Source: an uncultured Clostridia bacterium (GTDB lineage Bacteria; Bacillota; Clostridia; Christensenellales; CAG-138). From it: a stretch of 64,000 nt of DNA. The notes under the pieces are model-generated. The model searched no databases. It saw only the letters and a program-made list of their open reading frames with translations, and was not told the DNA's origin. Below, one piece after another: positions 1 to 8,915 of this stretch. Both the position numbers and the translations under genes were made by a program. Every line of letters begins with the position of its first letter. The stretch's first letter is position 1. The stretch covers positions 69,814 through 133,813 of the forward strand of contig CALVLD010000002.1 in NCBI GenBank assembly GCA_944336475.1, in the 5' to 3' direction.

Positions 1-948
1 CCACTGTACCCGATACTTATATCAGCTTTCAATTTGATATTTGCCGACAGCTTTGTTTCGGGATTCGTCATAAACACCCTCTGCTCATGCGGCATTGCCG
101 TTGCGATATATGAGCTTGCGCTCTGCGACATGGGCAGACGCTCAGCAGGATTCACCGTGTTCTGCACATTTGCACTTCCCACGGCGCTGTTCTTCGTCAC
201 ACCCATGAGCGAGCCGCTGTTTTTTCTGCTCTCCGTTCTGACATTACTTACCGCAAGGAAGCAGAAGTTTTGGCTTGCCGCATTGTTCGGCGCCTTGGCA
301 TCGTTTACGAGGTCGTTGGGCATCGTGCTGATTATACCGGTTGCGGCGGAGGCTGCGGCAGCCTGTGTTCGCCACTACAGGGAGCATGGAAAGGAGAAGC
401 TCAACGGTAGGATAGTCACCGCATGTATATCTACCCTCTGCGTGGGGCTCGGCACGTTCGGATATCTGCTCATCAACAAGCTCCTCTGGGGCAACTGGTT
501 CCAATTCTTGATATTCCAGAGGGAGAACTGGAATCAGAGTTTGAGCCCGTTTTTCGACACGCCCGTATATCAGCTTGAGTATCTGATAAAAGCTATTGAG
601 GAAGGGAGCGCTTCGCAGATATTTGGGCTGAGGCTGCCCAATCTGCTTGCGATATTCGGCGCCTTGATACTGTTTGTGCTTGCAGCAAAGCGCATGAGGA
701 CGTCCTATGCGATGTACTACGCCGCCTACTTTGTAGCGTCGACGAGCACCTCATGGCTTTTGTCGGCTCCGAGATACTTAGGCGCGCTTGCCGTGCTTCC
801 GATCGCCATTGCACTGCTGCTTGACAGGGGGGACGACAGGGACTCCGATCCGACCGGCACACGCCGCCGTATGATTGTAGGCGTTGTGCTGATGCTGTCA
901 CAACTCATCTACCTGTATCTCTTTGTAAGAAGATACGCCATATACTAA
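1..948 (+). CDS. Polytopic membrane protein, GT-C / PIG-V-like mannosyltransferase family (5' end lies outside window)
   Basis: Frame is open from nt 1, with no stop before the listed TTG at 34. Multiple hydrophobic helices. Family assigned only by overall resemblance. Confidence 0.5.
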   Translation, partial: PLYPILISAFNLIFADSFVSGFVINTLCSCGIAVAIYELALCDMGRRSAGFTVFCTFALPTALFFVTPMSEPLFFLLSVLTLLTARKQKFWLAALFGALASFTRSLGIVLIIPVAAEAAAACVRHYREHGKEKLNGRIVTACISTLCVGLGTFGYLLINKLLWGNWFQFLIFQRENWNQSLSPFFDTPVYQLEYLIKAIEEGSASQIFGLRLPNLLAIFGALILFVLAAKRMRTSYAMYYAAYFVASTSTSWLLSAPRYLGALAVLPIAIALLLDRGDDRDSDPTGTRRRMIVGVVLMLSQLIYLYLFVRRYAIY

Positions 949-964
949 TAACTTGGAGGTAAAA

Positions 965-1696
965 ATGATATTGCCGCTGTATTACTCAAATTACTACCTT
1001 TATGGCATGACCGATTCCATTCTTATCTTCGCGATGCTTGTTGTTATGGTGATCGGTATGATTGCTTCTGCAAGGGTGAGCTCAGTATTCAGACAATACA
1101 ATTCGCACGATTCCGGCAACGGCATGACCGCCGCCGAGGTCGCCTCCGCCATACTGCGGAGGAATGGAAGTAATGTGAGCGTCGTGCAGATACCCGGAGA
1201 CCTGACGGATAATTTCAACCCACGGAAGGGCGTGGTCTCGCTTAGCCAATCCGTCTATCCGTCCGGAAGCGTTGCAGCGATGGCCGTCGCCGTTCACGAG
1301 GTGGGTCATGTGATGCAGTATCAGGAGGGCTATCTCCCGATAAGGATACGCAACGCCATACTGCCGGTGGCATCGTTCGGCTCCAGATTCTCATATCTGT
1401 TCGTTATACTCGGGCTGTTCATGGGTGAGATGGGCTATACGATAAGCCTGATCGGGATCGGTCTGTTTGTATTTGCGCTCCTGTTTCAGCTTATAACGTT
1501 GCCGGTGGAGATCAACGCCTCACGGCGCGCGCTTGATATGCTCGTCGAGGGCGGATATATAGCCGGAGCGGAACAGGAGCAGGGCGCACGCAAGGTACTG
1601 CGTGCCGCTGCATTCACATATGTTGTTGCGGCGCTGTCGTCACTGGTCTCGCTGCTAAGGCTTATTGCAATAGCAAATCGTAACAGACGCAGATAA
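965..1696 (+). CDS. Membrane zinc metallopeptidase (Zn_peptidase_2-like)
   Basis: HEVGH (HExxH) motif and N- and C-terminal TM helices. GGAGG SD sits 6-7 nt before ATG 965, so this start is preferred over TTG 953. Confidence 0.8.
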   Translation: MILPLYYSNYYLYGMTDSILIFAMLVVMVIGMIASARVSSVFRQYNSHDSGNGMTAAEVASAILRRNGSNVSVVQIPGDLTDNFNPRKGVVSLSQSVYPSGSVAAMAVAVHEVGHVMQYQEGYLPIRIRNAILPVASFGSRFSYLFVILGLFMGEMGYTISLIGIGLFVFALLFQLITLPVEINASRRALDMLVEGGYIAGAEQEQGARKVLRAAAFTYVVAALSSLVSLLRLIAIANRNRRR

Positions 1697-1897
1697 GCTG
1701 ACCTGCTCCCGGGGGGTTCTGCCGTCAGGGCAGGCTCCTTTTTTCATGCCGGTCGTCAGCGGCGCCGTGCCGGCGGCAAGCGGCGACCGGTGTTTCTTCA
1801 ATCTCAAATATACTTTTTCCGCATCTGGCAAGAAGGGTGAATTGGAAAAAGCAGTGTGTTATAATGGCTTCAAATTTGACGTAATAGGCGGTGTTGA

Positions 1898-3694
1898 ATG
1901 GCTTCAGAAGTAAAAAAGACGGGGATAAAGAGATACTTCCCCTACACAAAGGGTTACAGGCTTGCGACATTCCTGTCTCCGGTGTTCATAGCATTTGAAG
2001 TTGCGCTTGAGATGTTCATACCCATGCTTATGGCGGCCATAGTCGATGGCGGCCTCTATGGACGGGAGGATTTTCTCCTGCGTGATATTATCCCGGCAAG
2101 CCTTAAAGCAGGCAGTCAGGAGCTTGTATTTACGCTTGGTGGACTCATGATCGTGGCGGCGCTGTGCTCGCTTGCCTGCGGAATGCTTGCGGCCCGTATG
2201 GCAGCGGTCGCATCAATGGGCTTTGCAAAGAACCTGCGCAACACCATTTTCAGCAAGATACAGACGTTCTCATTTGCAAATATCGACAGGTTTTCAACCT
2301 CGTCTCTCATTGTGCGTACCACGACGGACGTCATAACTGTGCAAAACACATTCCAGTCGATAATTCGCATGTTTGTTCGTGCGCCGCTTATGATGGTCTT
2401 TGCTGCGATAATGGCGTTCAGTATCAACTCCCAGCTCTCCTGGATATTCGTGATAGCTATACCGTTCCTCGCCGTGGCGATCATGCTGCTCATAAAGCAC
2501 GGTCACCCGAGGTTTACCCAAATGCTGAAGAAAACGGACGCGATGAACACCTCCGTGCAGGAGAATCTCATAGCCATGCGTGTGGTAAAGGCGTTTGTGC
2601 GTGAGGATTATGAAAAGCAAAAATTCCACTATGCAACGGACGATCTGCGCAGGGCGCAGATACACGCATCCAAAATATTCACATTCGTAGGCCCGATACA
2701 GATGCTCATCATGTGGACCTGTTCCATAGTACTGCTTGCGCTCGGCGGGCGTGACATAATCATCAACAGGGCATATGGCCCGGGCGAGCTCACCAGTCTT
2801 ATGACATATACGAACCAAGTGATAAGCTCGCTTGCAATGGTATCGTTCATAGTTGTGCAGATCGCCATGACAAAGGCTTCGCTCAACCGAATCAACGAGG
2901 TCATGGATGAGGAGATAGACATTGTCGAGAAGCCGAGCGACCTTAGGATTGAGACGGGCGATATCGAGTTCAAAAATGTCGATTTCAGCTACACAAAGGA
3001 TCCGAATAATCTTACGTTGGAGGGCATCAACCTGAGCATCCGCTCCGGCGAAACAATCGGCGTAATCGGTAGTACGGGTGACGGTAAATCGACTTTGGTG
3101 CAGCTGATACCAAGGTTCTACGACGTGTTAAGCGGCGAGGTGCGGGTCTCCGGCCGCAATGTCAAGGACTACTCTCTGTACGAACTGCGCGAGAGCATCT
3201 CAATGGTGCTGCAAAAGAATATGCTCTTCTCCGGCAGCATCAGGGATAATCTGCGTTGGGGCAATGAGAATGCCACTGATGCAGAGATTGAGGAGGCCTG
3301 CCGTATGGCGTGTGCGCACGACTTTATAATGAGTTTCCCTGATGGCTACGATACTGACCTGGGGCAGGGCGGCTCCAATGTTTCAGGCGGACAGAAGCAG
3401 AGGCTTTGTATAGCTCGTGCACTGCTCAAAAAGCCAAAAGTGCTCATACTTGACGATGCCACAAGCGCCGTGGATACCCATACCGATGAGAGGATCCGTG
3501 CGGCCTTCAACAAGTACATCCCCGGAACTACCAAGATAATCATCGCACAGAGGATAGTCTCCATAATGAACTGCGACCGGATCATCATAATGGATAAGGG
3601 TCGGATTTCCGATGTTGGCACCCATGATGAGCTTATGGAACGCAGCGAGATATACCGTGAGGTATATGAATCCCAGACAAAGGAGGATGCCTGA
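1898..3694 (+). CDS. ABC exporter, fused permease/ATPase, degenerate-site subunit of a heterodimer
   Basis: Six-TM domain followed by an NBD. Walker A GSTGDGKST, signature VSGGQKQR, Walker B LILDDATS (Asp replaces the catalytic Glu). Confidence 0.9.
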   Translation: MASEVKKTGIKRYFPYTKGYRLATFLSPVFIAFEVALEMFIPMLMAAIVDGGLYGREDFLLRDIIPASLKAGSQELVFTLGGLMIVAALCSLACGMLAARMAAVASMGFAKNLRNTIFSKIQTFSFANIDRFSTSSLIVRTTTDVITVQNTFQSIIRMFVRAPLMMVFAAIMAFSINSQLSWIFVIAIPFLAVAIMLLIKHGHPRFTQMLKKTDAMNTSVQENLIAMRVVKAFVREDYEKQKFHYATDDLRRAQIHASKIFTFVGPIQMLIMWTCSIVLLALGGRDIIINRAYGPGELTSLMTYTNQVISSLAMVSFIVVQIAMTKASLNRINEVMDEEIDIVEKPSDLRIETGDIEFKNVDFSYTKDPNNLTLEGINLSIRSGETIGVIGSTGDGKSTLVQLIPRFYDVLSGEVRVSGRNVKDYSLYELRESISMVLQKNMLFSGSIRDNLRWGNENATDAEIEEACRMACAHDFIMSFPDGYDTDLGQGGSNVSGGQKQRLCIARALLKKPKVLILDDATSAVDTHTDERIRAAFNKYIPGTTKIIIAQRIVSIMNCDRIIIMDKGRISDVGTHDELMERSEIYREVYESQTKEDA

Positions 3695-3695
3695 T

Positions 3696-5618
3696 ATGCC
3701 GCCTCGTGGAAATCTTAATGCAAATTACAAGGGTAAATCACGCCCCGACAGTCCGTTCCGTACGTTGGCAAGGGTGTTTTCCTATTACAAAAACTGCATG
3801 GGTGTGCTCATCGCTGCAGTGCTGTTCATACTTGTCTACTCCGTTGCGATAATTGTTGCGGCATACTTGCTTGAGCCTGCCGTACAGGTGCTTGAGGAGG
3901 CGTTGGCGGACACGGCGGGTGTCAAGACCCCCGATCTCATTGCAAGGTATACTACATTGCTCGTATACATGGGCGTGATGTACCTGCTCGGCGCAGCGAC
4001 GAACTACTGCCTCAACCGCCTTATGCTTGAGGCGACGGCAAGGGTCATGTATCAGCTCCGCATAGATCTGTTCGACCATATGCAGACGCTCCCCGTTAAG
4101 TTCTTCGATCAGCACACGCACGGCGAGCTGATGAGCTACTACACAAACGATGTCGATGCCATCCGCGAGATGCTCAACTCCAGCATCACACAGATGCTCA
4201 TATCGGGAATATCCATCATAGGCATAACAATCGCCATGCTTAAGCTCTCCGCACCGCTGTTTGTAATAGTTTTAGTACTCGGGGCATGCGTCATACTGAC
4301 GGTCAAGCTCATCGGCGGAAGGAGCCGAAAGAACTTCGTGCGTCAGCAGAAGGTGGTCTCTAAGGTAAACGGCTATATCGAGGAGATGATGGAGGGGCAG
4401 AAGGTCGTAAAAGCCTTTAACCACGAGGATAAGGCGGTAAGCGAGTTTGAAACCATGAATGAGGAGCTACGGCAGGTCTCCACACGAGCCAATACTCTTG
4501 CGAGCATAATGGGTCCCATTATGAACAACCTGTCCCACATATTCTATGCTATAACCACTACCGTAGGCGTACTCTTTGCCGCAAATGGCGAGCTTATAGC
4601 ATCGCTGTCGGCATCCTCGGCTAACTGGCAGCTCATAGGCGTGCAGGGTGCGACGCTCATAGCCTTCCTGGGTTTCATTCGCCAGTTTGCCAACCGTGTA
4701 TCCGAGATATCCCAGCACATCAACAACATAATGTTGGCGCTCGCCGGTGCAGAGCGTGTGTTTGCGCTTATGGATATGCCTCCCGAGGTCGATGACGGCA
4801 CCGTATCTCTCATCGAGGCGGAGGATGGCAGGCACTATTGGCGTGTGATAGATCAGAGCGGCAATGTGGTCAACGAGGTTCCGCTTGTCGGACGTGTTGA
4901 GCTGCATAATGTTGACTTCAGCTATGACGGCAAGAATCAGGTGCTAACCGATGTGACCCTATATGCCAAAAAAGGTCAGAAGATAGCCTTTGTCGGCTCC
5001 ACCGGCGCAGGCAAGACGACCATCACAAACCTGATAAATCGCTTCTATGATGTCGAGGATGGCGAGATAACTTACGACGGTATCGACATCCGCAACATAA
5101 AGAAGAGCGACCTGCGAGGCACTCTCGGTATGGTTTTGCAGGATACGCATCTGTTCACCGGCACCGTCATGGAGAATATCCGTTACGGTAAGCTCGATGC
5201 AACGGATGAGGAATGCGTTGCCGCCGCAAAGGTGGCAAACGCCCACTATTTTATATCCCACCTGCCGGAGGGGTATAACACCATGCTCCGCTCCGACGGT
5301 GCAAACCTTTCGCAGGGGCAGCGACAGCTTATCGCCATTGCGCGCGCCGCCGTGTCCAACCCCATAGTGTTGATACTTGATGAGGCGACCAGCTCAATAG
5401 ACACTCGCACAGAGAAGCTCATTGAGAGCGGAATGGATAAGCTCATGGAGGGGCGCACGGTGTTTGTAATAGCCCACAGGCTCTCCACGGTCAGGAACTC
5501 CAATGCAATAATGGTGCTTGAGCACGGCAGGATAATCGAGCGTGGCGACCACTATGATTTGCTCCGTCAGCAGGGCAAGTATTATCAGCTCTACACCGGC
5601 GCATTTGAACTTTCGTGA
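3696..5618 (+). CDS. ABC exporter, fused permease/ATPase, consensus-site subunit of the heterodimer
   Basis: Walker A GSTGAGKTT, non-canonical signature LSQGQRQ, Walker B LILDEATS. ATG 3696 follows AGGAGG and the upstream stop at 3692-3694. Confidence 0.9.
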   Translation: MPPRGNLNANYKGKSRPDSPFRTLARVFSYYKNCMGVLIAAVLFILVYSVAIIVAAYLLEPAVQVLEEALADTAGVKTPDLIARYTTLLVYMGVMYLLGAATNYCLNRLMLEATARVMYQLRIDLFDHMQTLPVKFFDQHTHGELMSYYTNDVDAIREMLNSSITQMLISGISIIGITIAMLKLSAPLFVIVLVLGACVILTVKLIGGRSRKNFVRQQKVVSKVNGYIEEMMEGQKVVKAFNHEDKAVSEFETMNEELRQVSTRANTLASIMGPIMNNLSHIFYAITTTVGVLFAANGELIASLSASSANWQLIGVQGATLIAFLGFIRQFANRVSEISQHINNIMLALAGAERVFALMDMPPEVDDGTVSLIEAEDGRHYWRVIDQSGNVVNEVPLVGRVELHNVDFSYDGKNQVLTDVTLYAKKGQKIAFVGSTGAGKTTITNLINRFYDVEDGEITYDGIDIRNIKKSDLRGTLGMVLQDTHLFTGTVMENIRYGKLDATDEECVAAAKVANAHYFISHLPEGYNTMLRSDGANLSQGQRQLIAIARAAVSNPIVLILDEATSSIDTRTEKLIESGMDKLMEGRTVFVIAHRLSTVRNSNAIMVLEHGRIIERGDHYDLLRQQGKYYQLYTGAFELS

Positions 5619-5690
5619 TATTCTGATACAGAGCTTTCGCTCCGGCATTCAACCATGGTAGCTGGGCGGAATTTCTAAAAGGAGCGAGCT

Positions 5691-6386
5691 ATGAAACCCA
5701 TCGCAGCCTATCCGAAGATCGGCTCGGCACAGGAGCTGATCTCACTCGTAGAGGAAGTGGGCATGCTGCCATTTTTCAACAGCGGTATAGAGGGCTTCTG
5801 TCTTGAAGCGCTCACCGATCCCGGGCACTGGTTTGTCGACGATGTTGACGGCCCGTGGGAGTGGAAGGGGACATTTCTCCAAACGGGTATGGCATATGGG
5901 AAGCTCTTCAAAAAGAAGGCTGTGTTCATGACTCGTGAGTGGTATGGCATACTTGCGTGCTACAGACGTGACGGCTATGATTTCGAGGGGATGTATGAGG
6001 ACGGGTTTGTCCCTCACGGTGGCAAATACATCGTGGAAGCGCTCGAGGGCGGCTCCATGGTGAGTACCGAGCTGCGCCGCATAACGGGTTTTACGCCCAA
6101 TAATGACGATGCTCCCATCGGCAAGGACTTTGATTCGATAGTCACCACCCTGCAAATGCAGACATTCATATCCACATCGGCGTTTGAACAGCCTGTCGAC
6201 CGTCATGGAAGGCCGTTTGGGTGGGGCCTGGCAAGATATGCTCTCTCCGACCTACGCTTTAGGGACGAGATAACCCGTGCGGAAGAACGCTACTCCCCGC
6301 AGGAGGCAAAGACCCTGATCGAGGAGCACGTTGCAAGACTGTGCCCCTCTGCGTCCGTAAAGCAGATAGAGCGCTTCACCCGATAA
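5691..6386 (+). CDS. Hypothetical cytoplasmic protein (possibly AlkZ/YcaQ-related; weak recognition)
   Basis: 231-aa ORF with AAGGAG SD. A hairpin terminator follows at 6392-6420. No diagnostic motif recognised with certainty. Confidence 0.5.
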   Translation: MKPIAAYPKIGSAQELISLVEEVGMLPFFNSGIEGFCLEALTDPGHWFVDDVDGPWEWKGTFLQTGMAYGKLFKKKAVFMTREWYGILACYRRDGYDFEGMYEDGFVPHGGKYIVEALEGGSMVSTELRRITGFTPNNDDAPIGKDFDSIVTTLQMQTFISTSAFEQPVDRHGRPFGWGLARYALSDLRFRDEITRAEERYSPQEAKTLIEEHVARLCPSASVKQIERFTR

Positions 6387-6391
6387 CAAAA

Positions 6392-6420
6392 ATACCCCGT
6401 GGGAACGACCCGCGGGGTAT
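6392..6420. terminator. Bidirectional hairpin terminator
   Basis: ATACCCCG (6392-6399) pairs with CGGGGTAT (6413-6420), between convergent genes. A-rich 5' flank and T-rich 3' flank. Confidence 0.7.
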
Positions 6421-6439
6421 TTCGATTGAGGATTTTTAT

Positions 6440-6796
6440 TTACTTCGTCGTAGTCTCCGCAGGCGCAGCATCCTCCTTTGGCTCGGCAAAGCGGCTGATA
6501 CCCGTAACACCGTCAACGGGCAGCGAGAAGCAGATGCCCATGCCTGCCTTGGAAAGCCCTGCATCCCGACAGATCGCCTCCATCATTGCGGAACGCTTTT
6601 CGCGCTCCGTGAGTATCAGCACCATTTCCTTCTCGGGCTGAATGATGGCGCCAAAGAACTTCTGAAGCTCATGCGTACCCGTACCTCTGGCATTTACAAC
6701 GGTGCCGCCGAATGCGCCCGCTTTCCTTGCGGCATCCATGACCTCATCGGCAAAACCCCTGTTAACTATCGTCATTATCAAATCGTACTTGATCAT
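6440..6796 (-). CDS. PII-like (GlnB-fold) small regulatory protein
   Basis: 118 aa with a beta-alpha-beta ... beta-alpha-beta pattern (YDLIMTIV / GFADEVMDAARKAG / GGTVVNARGTG / EMVLILT / GMGICFSLPV). 4-nt overlap with the upstream gene. Confidence 0.7.
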   Translation of the reverse strand: MIKYDLIMTIVNRGFADEVMDAARKAGAFGGTVVNARGTGTHELQKFFGAIIQPEKEMVLILTEREKRSAMMEAICRDAGLSKAGMGICFSLPVDGVTGISRFAEPKEDAAPAETTTK

Positions 6797-7257
6797 TCTT
6801 TATCACCTCCCTGCTTGGTCTCCCTGCGCTGCTGCCTTTTGTTTCTTATCTTTTGCTGTTTTTTCTTGACGGCTCTTGCGATTTTCTCCGCACCCGTTGT
6901 AATGTCTGGCATGTCCCTGTGCTCAAGATTGCCCGCCAATATCTCATACGAGGTAAGCTGGGATGCTATTGCAGAAAACGGTATCGAGAAGGCGATCCCA
7001 TTACCGGGTTTGTCGAGCCGCAGCTCGTCGGTCAGCTTCTGCATAAGCTCACCTATCCTGCTCTCGGCGACCGATAGGAAGGCGATGTCCTTTTCCTTAT
7101 CGCCGATACCTAAAAGACTGAGCGTCTGCGAATCCGCAGTCCCCCTGCCGAGCAACAGTATGTGGAATGCGACGTTCTCCTTTGCGCAGAGCTTGACCAC
7201 GCTCTCGCCCTTTCCTCGGTTAACAATGCAGCCAATCAGCTTTATTGGTTCGGTCAT
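6793..7257 (-). CDS. PII-like protein with basic K/R/Q-rich C-terminal tail
   Basis: Core has the same fold pattern (IKLIGCIVNRGKG...HILLLGRGTA...GIAFSIPF). Tail is AVKKKQQKIRNKRQQRRETKQGGDKE. Starts 2 nt after the DUF1538 gene stop. Confidence 0.6.
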   Translation of the reverse strand: MTEPIKLIGCIVNRGKGESVVKLCAKENVAFHILLLGRGTADSQTLSLLGIGDKEKDIAFLSVAESRIGELMQKLTDELRLDKPGNGIAFSIPFSAIASQLTSYEILAGNLEHRDMPDITTGAEKIARAVKKKQQKIRNKRQQRRETKQGGDKE

Positions 7258-7259
7258 TG

Positions 7260-8798
7260 TCAGACGGCCTCCTTATACTCAAACTCGATAATCGCAACCG
7301 TATCCTGCTCGGCGTACGAATGGAGCATTGCACGCTTAATCTTAATGCTGTAGGACAGGCCGAGTATCTGTATTGTTATGAGCGGAGTCATGGCAACAAA
7401 CGCAACAAGTCCGAAAGCATCGGTCAAAAGGTTGCCGCCAAGCTCGGCGCATGCGCCCATTGCAAACGGCAGCATGAAGGTTGCGGTCATGGGGCCTGAG
7501 GCAACTCCGCCGGAGTCAAACGCTATGGCGGTGAACACCTTTGGCACAAAGAAGGAGAGTATTATCGCCGCCGAATAGCCTATTACGAGGAAGTACCAAA
7601 TGGATATGCCAAGCACCACACGGAGCATGGCAAGCCCGACGGCAATGGCAACGCCTATCGAAAGCATAAGCAGCATCGCTCGCTTCGTAATGGCACCTAC
7701 GGTCAATTCCTCTACCTGACGGTTGAGCACTCGCACGGCCGGCTCCGCCATTACCACAAAGAAGCCCATTATCATGCCTATGGGTATGAGCAGCCATTCA
7801 TTGAGACCGGCCATAGTCCTGCCAAGGAACTGACCTGCAGGAAGGAAGCCCACATTGGCGCCAAGCAGGAAAAGCGAAAGCCCGATGTATGTGTACAATA
7901 TGCCAACGCCAATCCTTGCGAGGGACTTCCACGGAAGATGAAGGAATATGAACTGGAACAAAATAAACAACCCTACTATCGGCAAAAGCGCCAATGCAAC
8001 CTCCACAAGGTAGTGCGGAAGGCTTCTTATAAAATCGAGCACGACATCAGCGCCCGTGGCAACCACCGTCACAGTCTCCTCAGCGGATTGCCCATCAACA
8101 TTGCAGAAGATACCCAATATCAGCATCGCTATGATGGGTCCAACGGAACAGAGCGCAACCGTGCCAAAGCTGTCGTCTGTAGAGCTCTTACCGCCCCGAA
8201 CAGTTGCAAGACCGATGCCCATCGCCATCAGGAACGGTACGGTTATGGGGCCCGTCGTAACACCGCCGGAGTCAAAAGCAACAGCAACGAAAGTATCGGG
8301 AGCAAAGGAGGCGATTACAAACAGCAGCAGATAGAACACAGCGAGTAACAGTGAGAGGGAAACGCCCTTTAATACCCTCAAGAATGATACGACGAGAAAA
8401 ACGCCCACGCCTATGGAAACAGTGAGGATTATCGTCATGTCGTCGATTGCGGGGAACTGGGTCGCAAGCACCGTGAGATCAGGCTCGGCAATTGTAATCA
8501 GCATACCGATGAGGAAACAGCACGGTATAAGTATGTAGTACTTGCCGGAGCGTGTGATATGCGCGCCTATCCGCTCGCCCATGGGGGACATGGATATGTC
8601 CGCACCGAGCGAAAACAGCGTCATGCCCACTATGAGGAGCACGGCTGCGATAACAAACTGCAGCACCGTCCCCAAGGGCATGCCTCCGGACGGAACGAAT
8701 ATTGCAAGTACGAAATGGCAGATCAGGACTATTGCCGTAAGCGGCAGAACCGACAGCAGGGCTTCTTTTAATTTTTCAACAACGATATTCTTCAACAC
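7260..8798 (-). CDS. DUF1538-family integral membrane protein (internally duplicated)
   Basis: 512 aa and highly hydrophobic. The motif AFDSGGV(T/A)(T/S)GP(I/M)T occurs once in each half. Confidence 0.75.
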   Translation of the reverse strand: MLKNIVVEKLKEALLSVLPLTAIVLICHFVLAIFVPSGGMPLGTVLQFVIAAVLLIVGMTLFSLGADISMSPMGERIGAHITRSGKYYILIPCCFLIGMLITIAEPDLTVLATQFPAIDDMTIILTVSIGVGVFLVVSFLRVLKGVSLSLLLAVFYLLLFVIASFAPDTFVAVAFDSGGVTTGPITVPFLMAMGIGLATVRGGKSSTDDSFGTVALCSVGPIIAMLILGIFCNVDGQSAEETVTVVATGADVVLDFIRSLPHYLVEVALALLPIVGLFILFQFIFLHLPWKSLARIGVGILYTYIGLSLFLLGANVGFLPAGQFLGRTMAGLNEWLLIPIGMIMGFFVVMAEPAVRVLNRQVEELTVGAITKRAMLLMLSIGVAIAVGLAMLRVVLGISIWYFLVIGYSAAIILSFFVPKVFTAIAFDSGGVASGPMTATFMLPFAMGACAELGGNLLTDAFGLVAFVAMTPLITIQILGLSYSIKIKRAMLHSYAEQDTVAIIEFEYKEAV

Positions 8799-8915
8799 AG
8801 CCTCCGCTCACACAATTATTACAGTGATTATAACAGTTTCCGAGCATGGTTTCAAGAGTATACAAACATATATAAAGGACGGATGCCGCCGGCATCCGCC
8901 CCGATTGAAATTTAA

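Noticed and set aside
1719-1746. Intrinsic terminator after the zinc metallopeptidase gene
   Set aside because: Only a 5-6-bp stem (CTGCC/GGCAG) could be drawn, separated by several nt from the T-run. This is too weak to list as a feature.
6341-7291. 316-aa ORF on the + strand spanning both PII-like genes
   Set aside because: It lies antisense to two genes that have recognisable folds and tight coupling to the DUF1538 gene. Its product is low-complexity (Ser/Leu/Cys/Arg-rich) with no SD, so it is a shadow ORF of a GC-rich region.
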